Of a stretch of 64,000 nt of DNA, positions 1 through 12,100 are shown in pieces. Within the stretch, counting starts at the first letter, position 1. Each line of letters starts with the position of its first letter. The translations under genes and the position numbers were made by a program. The notes under the pieces were generated by a model that saw nothing but the letters and a program-made list of their open reading frames with translations, ran no database searches and was not told where the DNA came from. Where the stretch lies: contig NIVC01001160.1 of assembly GCA_002269645.1 (NCBI GenBank), positions 62,001-126,000 on the forward strand, in the 5' to 3' direction. Origin of the DNA: Macrostomum lignano (Eukaryota).

Positions 1-3000
1 CCCTCAAAAACCGCCGTTGAGAATCGCCGTTGGATAATCGCCCTCAAAAACCGCCTTTGAGAATCGCCGTTGGATAATCGCCCTCAAAAACCGCCTTTGA
101 GAATCGCCGTTGGATAATCGCCCTCAAAAACCGCCTTTGAGAATCGCCGTTGAGAATCGCCCTCAAAAACCGCCTTTGAGAATCGCCGTTGGATAATCGC
201 CCTCAAAAACCGCCTTTGAGAATCGCCGTTGGATAATCGCCCTCAAAAACCGCCTTTGAGAATCGCCGTTGGATAATCGCCCTCAAAAACCGCCTTTGAG
301 AATCGCCGTTGGATAATCGCCCTCAAAAACCGCCTTGAGAATCGCCGTGGATAATCGCCCTCAAAAACCGCCTTTGAGAATCGCCGTTGGATAATCGCCC
401 TCAAAAACCGCCTTTGAGAATCGCCGTTGGATAATCGCCCTCAAAAACCGCCTTTGAGAATCGCCGTTGGATAATCGCCCTCAAAAACCGCCTTTGAGAA
501 TCGCCGTTGGATAATCGCCCTCAAAAACCGCCTTTGAGAATCGCCGTTGGATAATCGCCCTCAAAAACCGCCGTTGAGAATCGCCGTTGGATAATCGCCC
601 TCAAAAACCGCCTTTGAGAATCGCCGTTGGATAATCGCCCTCAAAAACCGCCGTTGAGAATCGCCATGTAATAATCGCCCTCAAAAACCGCCTTTGAGAA
701 TCGCCATGTAATAATCGGCCTAAAAATCGTCATTGAGAATCGCCATGTAATAATCGCCCTCAAAAATCGCCTTTGAGAATCGCCGTTGGATAATCGCCCT
801 CAAAAACCGCCGTTGAGAATCGCCGTTGGATAATCGCCCTCAAAAACCGCCTTTGAGAATCGCCGTTGGATAATCGCCCTCAAAAACCGCCTTTGAGAAT
901 CGCCGTTGGATAATCGCCCTCAAAAACCGCCGTTGAGAATCGCCCTCAAAAACCGCCTTTAAGGAATCGCCATGTAATAATCGGCCTAAAAATCGTCTTT
1001 GAGAATCGCCATGTAATAATCGCCCTCAAAAATCGCCTTTGAGAATCGCCGTTGGATAATCGCCCTCAAAAACCGCCGTTGAGAATCGCCGTTGGATAAT
1101 CGCCCTCAAAAACCGCCTTTGAGAATCGCCGTTGGATAATCGCCCTCAAAAACCGCCTTTGAGAATCGCCGTTGGATAATCGCCCTCAAAAACCGCCTTT
1201 GAGAATCGCCGTTTGATAATCGCCCTCAAAAACCGCCGTTGAGAATCGCCGTGGGATAATCGCCCTCAAAAACCGCCTTTGAGAATCGCCGTTGGATAAT
1301 CGCCCTCAAAAACCGCCTTTGAGAATCGCCGTTGGATAATCGCCCTCAAAAACCGCCTTTGAGAATCGCCGTTGGATAATCGCCCTCAAAAACCGCCGTT
1401 GAGAATCGCCGTTGGATAATCGCCCTCAAAAACCGCCTTTGAGAATCGCCGTTGGATAATCGCCCTCAAAAACCGCCGTTGAGAATCGCCATGTAATAAT
1501 CGCCCTCAAAAACCGCCTTTGAGAATCGCCATGTAATAATCGGCCTAAAAATCGTCATTGAGAATCGCCATGTAATAATCGCCCTCAAAAACCGCCGTTG
1601 AGAATCGCCGTTGGATAATCGCCCTCAAAAACCGCCTTTGAGAATCGCCGTTGGATAATCGCCCTCAAAAACCGCCGTTGAGAATCGCCATGTAATAATC
1701 GCCCTCAAAAACCGCCTTTGAGAATCGCCATGTAATAATCGGCCTAAAAATCGTCATTGAGAATCGCCATGTAATAATCGCCCTCAAAAATCGCCTTTGA
1801 GAATCGCCGTTGGATAATCGCCCTCAAAAACCGCCTTTGAGAATCGCCGTTGGATAATCGCCCTCAAAAACCGCCTTTGAGAATCGCCGTTGGATAATCG
1901 CCCTCAAAAACCGCCTTTGAGAATCGCCGTTGGATAATCGCCCTCAAAAACCGCCGTTGAGAATCGCCCTCAAAAACCGCCTTTAAGGAATCGCCATGTA
2001 ATAATCGCCTAAAAATCGTCTTTGAGAATCGCCATGTAATAATCGCCCTCAAAAATCGCCTTTGAGAATCGCCGTTGGATAATCGCCCTCAAAAACCGCC
2101 TTGAGAATCGCCGTTGGATAATCGCCCTCAAAAACCGCCTTTGAGAATCGCCGTTGGATAATCGCCCTCAAAAACCGCCTTTGAGAATCGCCGTTGGATA
2201 ATCGCCCTCAAAAACCGCCTTTGAGAATCGCCGTTGATAATCGCCCTCAAAAACCGCCGTTGAGAATCGCCGTGGATAATCGCCCTCAAAAACCACCTTT
2301 GAGAATCGCCGTTGGATAATCGCCCTCAAAAACCGCCTTTGAGAATCGCCGTTGGATAATCGCCCTCAAAAACCGCCTTTGAGAATCGCCGTTGGATAAT
2401 CGCCCTCAAAAACCGCCTTTGAGAATCGCCGTTGGATAATCGCCCTCAAAAACCGCCGTTGAGAATCGCCCTCAAAACCGCCTTTGAGAATCGCCATGTA
2501 ATAATCGCCTAAAAACGCTTTGAGAATCGCCATGTAATAATCGCCCTCAAAAATCGCCTTTGAGAATCGCCGTTGGATAATCGCCCTCAAAAACCGCCTT
2601 TGAGAATCGCCGTTGGATAATCGCCCTCAAAAACCGCCGTTGAGAATCGCCCTCAAAAACCGCCTTTGAGAATCGCCATGTAATAATCGCCTAAAAATCG
2701 TCTTTGAGAATCGCCATGTAATAATCGCCCTCAAAAATCGCCTTTGAGAATCGCCGTTGGATAATCGCCCTCAAAAACCGCCGTTGAGAATCGCCGTTGG
2801 ATAATCGCCCTCAAAAACCGCCTTTGAGAATCGCCGTTGGATAATCGCCCTCAAAAACCGCCTTTGAGAATCGCCGTTGGATAATCGCCCTCAAAAACCG
2901 CCTTTGAGAATCGCCGTTGGATAATCGCCCTCAAAAACCGCCTTTGAGAATCGCCGTTGGATAATCGCCCTCAAAAACCGCCTTTGAGAATCGCCGTTGG

Positions 3001-6000
3001 ATAATCGCCCTCAAAAACCGCCTTTGAGAATCGCCGTTGAGAATCGCCCTCAAAAACCGCCTTTGAGAATCGCCATGTAATAATCGGCCTAAAAATCGTC
3101 TTTGAGAATCGCCATGTAATAATCGCCCTCAAAAATCGCCTTTGAGAATCGCCGTTGGATAATCGCCCTCAAAAACCGCCTGAGAATCGCCGTTGGATAA
3201 TCGCCCTCAAAAACCGCCTTTGAGAATCGCCGTTGGATAATCGCCCTCAAAAACCGCCTTTGAGAATCGCCGTTGGATAATCGCCCTCAAAAACCGCCGT
3301 TGAGAATCGCCCTCAAAAACCGCCGTTGAGAATCGCCCTCAAGAACCGCCTTTGAGAATCGCCATGTAATAATCGCCTAAAAATCGCTTTGAGAATCGCC
3401 ATGTAATAATCGCCCTCAAAATCGCCTTTGAGAATCGCCGTTGGATAATCGCCCTCAAAAACCGCCTTTGAGAATCGCCGTTGGATAATCGCCCTCAAAA
3501 ACCGCCTTGAGAATCGCCGTGGATAATCGCCCTCAAAAACCGCCTTTGAGAATCGCCGTTGGATAATCGCCCTCAAAAACCGCCTTTGAGAATCGCCGTT
3601 GGATAATCGCCCTCAAAAACCGCCTTTGAGAATCGCCGTTGGATAATCGCCCTCAAAAACCGCCTTTGAGAATCGCCGTTGGATAATCGCCCTCAAAAAC
3701 CGCCTTGAGAATCGCCGTTGGATAATCGCCCTCAAAAACCGCCTTTGAGAATCGCCGTTGGATAATCGCCCTCAAAAACCGCCTTTGAGAATCGCCGTTG
3801 GATAATCGCCCTCAAAAACCGCCTTTGAGAATCGCCGTTGGATAATCGCCCTCAAAAACCGCCTTTGAGAATCGCCGTTGGATAATCGCCCTCAAAAACC
3901 GCCTTTGAGAATCGCCGTTGGATAATCGCCCTCAAAAACCGCCTTTGAGAATCGCCGTTGGATAATCGCCCTCAAAAACCGCCTTTGAGAATCGCCGTTG
4001 GATAATCGCCCTCAAAAACCGCCTTGAGAATCGCCGTTGGATAATCGCCCTCAAAAACCGCCTTTGAGAATCGCCGTTGGATAATCGCCCTCAAAAACCG
4101 CCTTTGAGAATCGCCGTTGGATAATCGCCCTCAAAAACCGCCTTTGAGAATCGCCGTTGGATAATCGCCCTCAAAAACCGCCTTTGAGAATCGCCGTTGA
4201 GAATCGCCCTCAAAAACCGCCTTTGAGAATCGCCATGTAATAATCGCCTAAAAACGCTTTGAGAATCGCCATGTAATAATCGCCCTCAAAAATCGCCTTT
4301 GAGAATCGCCGTTGGATAATCGCCCTCAAAAACCGCCGTTGGATAATCGCCCTCAAAAACCGCCTTTGAGAATCGCCGTTGGATAATCGCCCTCAAAAAC
4401 CGCCTTTGAGAATCGCCGTTGGATAATCGCCCTCAAAAACCGCCGTTGAGAATCGCCCTCAAAAACCGCCTTTGAGAATCGCCATGTAATAATCGCCTAA
4501 AAATCGCTTTGAGAATCGCCATGTAATAATCGCCCTCAAAAATCGCCTTTGAGAATCGCCGTTGGATAATCGCCCTCAAAAACCGCCTTTGAGAATCGCC
4601 GTTGGATAATCGCCCTCAAAAACCGCCTTTGAGAATCGCCGTTGGATAATCGCCCTCAAAAACCGCCTTTGAGAATCGCCGTTGGATAATCGCCCTCAAA
4701 AACCGCCTTTGAGAATCGCCGTTGGATAATCGCCCTCAAAAACCGCCTTGAGAATCGCCGTGGATAATCGCCCTCAAAAACCGCCTTTGAGAATCGCCGT
4801 TGGATAATCGCCCTCAAAAACCGCCTTTGAGAATCGCCGTTGGATAATCGCCCTCAAAAACCGCCTTTGAGAATCGCCGTTGGATAATCGCCCTCAAAAA
4901 CCGCCTTTGAGAATCGCCGTTGGATAATCGCCCTCAAAAACCGCCTTGAGAATCGCCGTTGGATAATCGCCCTCAAAAACCGCCTTTGAGAATCGCCGTT
5001 GGATAATCGCCCTCAAAAACCGCCTTTGAGAATCGCCGTTGGATAATCGCCCTCAAAAACCGCCTTTGAGAATCGCCGTTGGATAATCGCCCTCAAAAAC
5101 CGCCTTTGAGAATCGCCGTTGGATAATCGCCCTCAAAAACCGCCTTTGAGAATCGCCGTTGGATAATCGCCCTCAAAAACCGCCTTTGAGAATCGCCGTT
5201 GGATAATCGCCCTCAAAAACCGCCTTTGAGAATCGCCGTTGGATAATCGCCCTCAAAAACCGCCTTGAGAATCGCCGTGGATAATCGCCCTCAAAAACCG
5301 CCTTTGAGAATCGCCGTTGGATAATCGCCCTCAAAAACCGCCTTTGAGAATCGCCGTTGGATAATCGCCCTCAAAAACCGCCTTTGAGAATCGCCGTTGG
5401 ATAATCGCCCTCAAAAACCGCCTTTGAGAATCGCCGTTGAGAATCGCCCTCAAAAACCGCCTTTGAGAATCGCCATGTAATAATCGGCCTAAAAATCGTC
5501 TTTGAGAATCGCCATGTAATAATCGCCCTCAAAAATCGCCTTTGAGAATCGCCGTTGGATAATCGCCCTCAAAAACCGCCGTTGGATAATCGCCCTCAAA
5601 AACCGCCTTTGAGAATCGCCGTTGGATAATCGCCCTCAAAAACCGCCTTTGAGAATCGCCGTTGGATAATCGCCCTTAAAAACCGCCGTTGAGAATCGCC
5701 CTCAAAAACCGCCTTTGAGAATCGCCATGTAATAATCGGCCTAAAAATCGTCTTTGAGAATCGCCATGTAATAATCGCCCTCAAAAATCGCCTTTGAGAA
5801 TCGCCGTTGGATAATCGCCCTCAAAAACCGCCGTTGAGAATCGCCGTTGGATAATCGCCCTCAAAAACCGCCGTTGAGAATCGCCGTTGGATAATCGCCC
5901 TCAAAAACCGCCTTTGAGAATCGCCGTTGGATAATCGCCCTCAAAAACCGCCTTTGAGAATCGCCGTTGGATAATCGCCCTCAAAAACCGCCTTTGAGAA

Positions 6001-9000
6001 TCGCCGTTGGATAATCGCCCTCAAAAACCGCCTTTGAGAATCGCCGTTGGATAATCGCCCTCAAAAACCGCCTTTGAGAATCGCCGTTGGATAATCGCCC
6101 TCAAAAACCGCCTTTGAGAATCGCCGTTGGATAATCGCCCTCAAAAACCGCCTTGAGAATCGCCGTTGGATAATCGCCCTCAAAAACCGCCTTTGAGAAT
6201 CGCCGTTGGATAATCGCCCTCAAAAACCGCCTTTGAGAATCGCCGTTGGATAATCGCCCTCAAAAACCGCCGTTGAGAATCGCCGTGGATAATCGCCCTC
6301 AAAAACCGCCTTTGAGAATCGCCGTTGGATAATCGCCCTCAAAAACCGCCTTTGAGAATCGCCGTTGGATAATCGCCCTCAAAAACCGCCTTTGAGAATC
6401 GCCGTTGGATAATCGCCCTCAAAAACCGCCGTTGAGAATCGCCGTTGGATAATCGCCCTCAAAAACCGCCTTTGAGAATCGCCGTTGGATAATCGCCCTC
6501 AAAAACCGCCTTTGAGAATCGCCGTTGGATAATCGCCCTCAAAAACCGCCTTTGAGAATCGCCGTTGGATAATCGCCCTCAAAAACCGCCTTTGAGAATC
6601 GCCGTTGGATAATCGCCCTCAAAATCCGCCTTTGAGAATCGCCGTTGGATAATCGCCCTCAAAAACCGCCTTTGAGAATCGCCGTTGGATAATCGCCCTC
6701 AAAAACCGCCGTTGAGAATCGCCGTGGATAATCGCCCTCAAAAACCGCCTTTGAGAATCGCCGTTGGATAATCGCCCTCAAAAACCGCCTTTGAGAATCG
6801 CCGTTGGATAATCGCCCTCAAAAACCGCCTTTGAGAATCGCCGTTGATAATCGCCCTCAAAAACCGCCTTTGAGAATCGCCGTTGGATAATCGCCCTCAA
6901 AAACCGCCTTTGAGAATCGCCGTTGGATAATCGCCCTCAAAAACCGCCGTTGAGAATCGCCCTCAAAAACCGCCTTTGAGAATCGCCATGTAATAATCGC
7001 CTAAAAATCGTCTTTGAGAATCGCCATGTAATAATCGCCCTCAAAAATCGCCTTTGAGAATCGCCGTTGGATAATCGCCCTCAAAAACCGCCTTTGAGAA
7101 TCGCCGTTGGATAATCGCCCTCAAAAACCGCCTTTGAGAATCGCCGTTGGATAATCGCCCTCAAAAACCGCCTTTGAGAATCGCCGTTGGATAATCGCCC
7201 TCAAAAACCGCCGTTGAGAATCGCCGTGGATAATCGCCCTCAAAAACCGCCTTTGAGAATCGCCGTTGGATAATCGCCCTCAAAAACCGCCTTTGAGAAT
7301 CGCCGTTGGATAATCGCCCTCAAAAACCGCCTTTGAGAATCGCCGTTGGATAATCGCCCTCAAAAACCGCCTTTGAGAATCGCCGTTGAGAATCGCCCTC
7401 AAAAACCGCCTTTGAGAATCGCCATGTAATAATCGGCCTAAAAATCGTCTTTGAGAATCGCCATGTAATAATCGCCCTCAAAAATCGCCTTTGAGAATCG
7501 CCGTTGGATAATCGCCCTCAAAAACCGCCGTTGAGAATCGCCGTTGGATAATCGCCCTCAAAAACCGCCTTTGAGAATCGCCGTTGGATAATCGCCCTCA
7601 AAAACCGCCTTTGAGAATCGCCGTTGGATAATCGCCCTCAAAAACCGCCGTTGAGAATCGCCCTCAAAAACCGCCTTTGAGAATCGCCATGTAATAATCG
7701 GCCTAAAAATCGTCTTTGAGAATCGCCATGTAATAATCGCCCTCAAAAATCGCCTTTGAGAATCGCCGTTGGATAATCGCCCTCAAAAACCGCCGTTGAG
7801 AATCGCCGTTGGATAATCGCCCTCAAAAACCGCCTTTGAGAATCGCCGTTGGATAATCGCCCTCAAAAACCGCCTTTGAGAATCGCCGTTGGATAATCGC
7901 CCTCAAAAACCGCCTTTGAGAATCGCCGTTGGATAATCGCCCTCAAAAACCGCCTTTGAGAATCGCCGTTGGATAATCGCCCTCAAAAACCGCCTTTGAG
8001 AATCGCCGTTGGATAATCGCCCTCAAAAACCGCCGTTGAGAATCGCCGTGGGATAATCGCCCTCAAAAACCGCCTTTGAGAATCGCCGTTGGATAATCGC
8101 CCTCAAAAACCGCCTTTGAGAATCGCCGTTGGATAATCGCCCTCAAAAACCGCCGTTGAGAATCGCCGTGGGATAATCGCCCTCAAAAACCGCCTTTGAG
8201 AATCGCCGTTGGATAATCGCCCTCAAAAACCGCCTTTGAGAATCGCCGTTGGATAATCGCCCTCAAAAACCGCCTTTGAGAATCGCCGTTGGATAATCGC
8301 CCTCAAAAACCGCCGTTGAGAATCGCCCTCAAAAACCGCCTTTGAGAATCGCCATGTAATAATCGGCCTAAAAATCTCTTTGAGAATCGCCATGTAATAA
8401 TCACCCTCAAAAACCGCCTTTGAGAATCGCCATGTAATAATCGCCCTCAAAAACCGCCTTTGAGAATCGCCATGTAATAATCGCCCTCAAAAACCGCCGT
8501 TGAGAATCGCCGTTGGATAATCGCCCTCAAAAACCGCCTTTGAGAATGGCCGTTGGATAATCGCCCTCAAAAACCGCCTTTGAGAATCGCCGTTGGATAA
8601 TCGCCCTCAAAAACCGCCGTTGAGAATCGCCCTCAAAAACCGCCTTTGAGAATCGCCATGTAATAATCGCCCTCAAAAACCGCCTTTGAGAATCGCCATG
8701 TAATAATCGCCCTCAAAAACCGCCTTTGAGAATCGCCATGTAATAAACGGCCTAAAAACCGCCTTTGAGAATCGCCATGTAATAATCGCCCTCAAAAACC
8801 GCCTTTGAGAATCGCCATGTAATAATCGCCCTCAAAAACCGCCTTTGAGAATCGCCATGTAATAATCGCCCTCAAAAACCGCCTTTGAGAATCGCCATGT
8901 AATAATCGCCCTCAAAAACCGCCTTTGAGAATCGCCATGTAATAATCGCCCTCAAAAACCGCCTTTGAGAATCGCCATGTAATAATCGGCCTAAAAATCG

Positions 9001-9124
9001 TCTTTGAGAATCGCCATGTAATAATCGCCCTCAAAAATTGTCTTTGAGAATCGCCATGTAATAATCGCCCTTGAGAATCGCCCTCAAAAGTCGCCTTTGT
9101 GAATCGCCCTTTAAGAATCGCCCC
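1..9124. repeat. 40-bp satellite array (about 225 copies, runs off the window start), intronic in the LRP5/6-like gene
   Basis: Unit CCCTCAAAAACCGCCTTTGAGAATCGCCGTTGGATAATCG, built of 13+13+14-bp AA(T/C)CGCC subunits. Recurrent variant cassette ATCGCCATGTAATAATC(G)GCCTAAAAATCGTC. The array degenerates into the acceptor AATCGCCCCAG at 9126. Confidence 0.97.
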
Positions 9125-9126
9125 AG

Positions 9127-12100
9127 CATCCCCCAATTCGAATATTCGCTCCCGTCGAATCTCCAGGAAACGCCCTCGCAGCTCAGACAGTTCACCGTCT
9201 CGCAGCGGCCCAGCCTGCCCAGTGACATCATCCGTGTCGAGTTGCTGCTGACCGACTCAATGGCGTCGGCCACTGCGGACTCCCCCAGCTCATCGGGGTG
9301 TACTTTCTGTACCTTCGCCGTCGTGGCCCCGTGCTGCTGCACAACCCGGCCACGGGTGTCTGGCGCACTCTGATCCGCGGCCAGTTTCTCGACATGGCAC
9401 TGGAACCGGTGAACCGGTTGCTGTACCTGGCCGAGGAGACCGCTATCGTTGCTCACCGGTTGGAGCCGCGGCTGTCATCAGCTTCATCTGCAGCCTCTCT
9501 GCCTGTTGAAGCGTCCGCTCTGCACTGGCTGATTCGCAACTGCAGCCTTGAGGCCTGCCGGCCCGTGGGCCTCGCCATTGACCCCTTGGCTGGCCATCTG
9601 TACTGGATGGACCGGGACTCCTCCGACAGGACAGAGGAGGGCGCCCACCTGTTGCACCGGTGCCGACTGGATGGCACAGTGGAGACTCGACTCGACTCGA
9701 TGGAATCAGAACTGCTCATGGGGCCGTCTAGCAGTTTGAGATTTTATTCGGGTATGATTCGGGTATCATTCGGCCTCTCCCTCTCCACCCCCTCCCTCTC
9801 CGCCCTCTCCCTCTCTGGCCTCTCCCTCTCCGCCCTCCCTCTCTGGCCTCTCCCTCTCCGCCCTCCCTCTCTGGCCTCTCCCTCTCCGCCCTCCCTCTCT
9901 GGCCTCTCCCTCTCCACCCCCTCCCTCTCCGCCCTCTCCCTCTCCGCCCTCTCCCTCTCCGCCCTCTCCCTCTCCGCCCTCTCCCTCTCCGCCCTCCCTC
10001 TCTGGCCTCTCCCTCTCTGGCCTCTCCCTCTCCGCCCTCCCTCTCTGGCCTCTCCCTCTCCGCCCTCCCTCTCCGCCCTCTCCCTCTCCGCCCTCCCTCT
10101 CCGCCCCTCCCTCTCCGCCCTCCCTCTCTGGCCTCTCCCTCTCCGCCCTCTCCCTCTCCGCCCTCCCTCTTTGGCCTCTCCCTCTCCGCCCTCCCTCTCT
10201 GGCCTCTCCCTCTCCACCCCCTCCCTCTCTGCCCTCTCCCTCTCCGCCCTCTCCCTCTCTGGCCTCGCCCTCTCCGCCCTCCCTCTCTGGCCTCTCCCTC
10301 TCCACCCCCTCCCTCTCCGCCCTCTCCCTCTCCGCCCCCTCCCTCTCCGCCCTCTCCCTCTCCGCCCCCTCCCTCTCCGCCCTCCCTCTCTGGCCTCTCC
10401 CTCTCCGCCCTCCCTCTTCGTCCTCTTCCTCTCTCCGCTCTCCCCCTCTCCTTTTCCACGCAGAGTGTGGCAAGCACAGCAGGGGCCCAATGAAAATATT
10501 CTCTATATCTCTATACCGGTTCAATCATTGCCAGTCACTGACTTTCCCACTGCTTGGCATCCCGCAGGCGGCTCCGGGGCCGGCCTGTATTGGACCAGCA
10601 ACCTCGGCGCAGTCTCCGGCAATCAGAACAACTGGGCCCTGCTGAAGCTGCAGCTACCGGCAGCGATCACGCCTAGCAACGCCTCCCAGCTTCCCGCTGC
10701 TGTTCGCCCAATCGCCAATGTCCAGCTGGCAGGCCCGTACCGCAATGTCACTCCGTTCAGCCTCGGCGACGGTCGGGCCTACGTCCTGAACTCGAGTCGT
10801 CAGATTAGCGTCTATAACTGCAAGGAAAAGGGGGCTTTGCCTCCGATACTTCTGCCTAGCGACCTGGGCCTGGATGCTGATAGGCCTGTGGTCACCGCTA
10901 TGGTGAGTCCTTGCCTAACAATTACCTAATTGCCACCCGATAATCCCCCCTGGTCACTTCCCAATAATCCTCCATTGGTCACTTCCCCGATAATCCTCCC
11001 CCTGGTCACTTCCCCGATAATTCTCCCCCTAGTCACTTCCCCGATAATCCTCCCCCTGGTCACTTCCCCGATAATCCTCCCCCTAGTCACTTCCCCGATA
11101 ATCCTCCCCCTAGTCACTTCCCGATAATCCTCCCCTAGTCACTTCCCCGATAATCCTCCCCCTGGTCACTTCCCCGATAATCCTCCCCCTGGTCATTACC
11201 CCGATAATCCTCCCCCTAGTCACTTCCCCGATAATTCTCCCCCTAGTCACTTCCCCGAAAACCCCCCTGGTCACTTCCCAATAATCCTCCATTGGTCACT
11301 TCCCCGATAATTCTCCCCCTAGTCACTTCCCCGAAAACCCCCCTGGTCACTTCCCAATAATCCTCCATTGGTCACTTCCCCGATAATTCTCCCCCTAGTC
11401 ACTTCCCCGATAATTCTCCCCCAAGTCACTTCCCCGATAATTCTCCCCCTAGTCACTTCCCCGATAATCCTCCCCCTAGTCACTTCCCCGATAATCCCCC
11501 CTGGTCACTTCCCAATAATCCTCCATTGGTCACTTCCCCGATAATTCTCCCCCTAGTAACTTCCCCGATAATTCTCCCCCTAGTCACTTCCCCGATAATT
11601 CTCCCCCTAGTCACTTCCCCGATAATTCTCCCCCTAGTCACTTCCCCGATAATCCTCCCCCTAGTCACTTCCCCGATAATCCTCCCCCTAGTCACTTCTC
11701 CGATAATCCCCCTTGGTCACCTCCCGGATAACCCTCCTTTTTCCGCTCCCGATAATCCGTGAGCATTAAATCAACTGCCTCACCGCCCGCCCAGGTTGCG
11801 GCCAGCATCCCACAGCGCAGGTCTGTGCTGCAGTCAGGCTACGCAGCCAGCTGTCACCGCCTGTCCTGCAGTCACATTTGCCTGCCGCAGTCCCTGTCTG
11901 CTGCATCATTAACTCTGCCTTCCTGCGCCTGTCCCAGCGGATTCGAGCTCAAGGACTCTGGTTCCTTTTCGCATACTCCACCCACCGTCTGCAGCCCGGC
12001 GCCGTTTACTTGCAGCCCGCGCGAGTTCACCTGCCGGCGCCGGCGCCAGTGCGTCCCGCTGTCTGCGCTGTGCGACGGCCGGCCGGACTGTCACGACACC

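Noticed and set aside
1864-9136. Small MRAII... ORFs on the minus strand
   Set aside because: Chance open frames in the 40-bp satellite.
9298-10929. 543-aa single ORF with an LSALSL/PLPLR middle
   Set aside because: The middle is a stop-free CT-rich intron (9752 to about 10465). Only the flanks have YWTD-propeller character.
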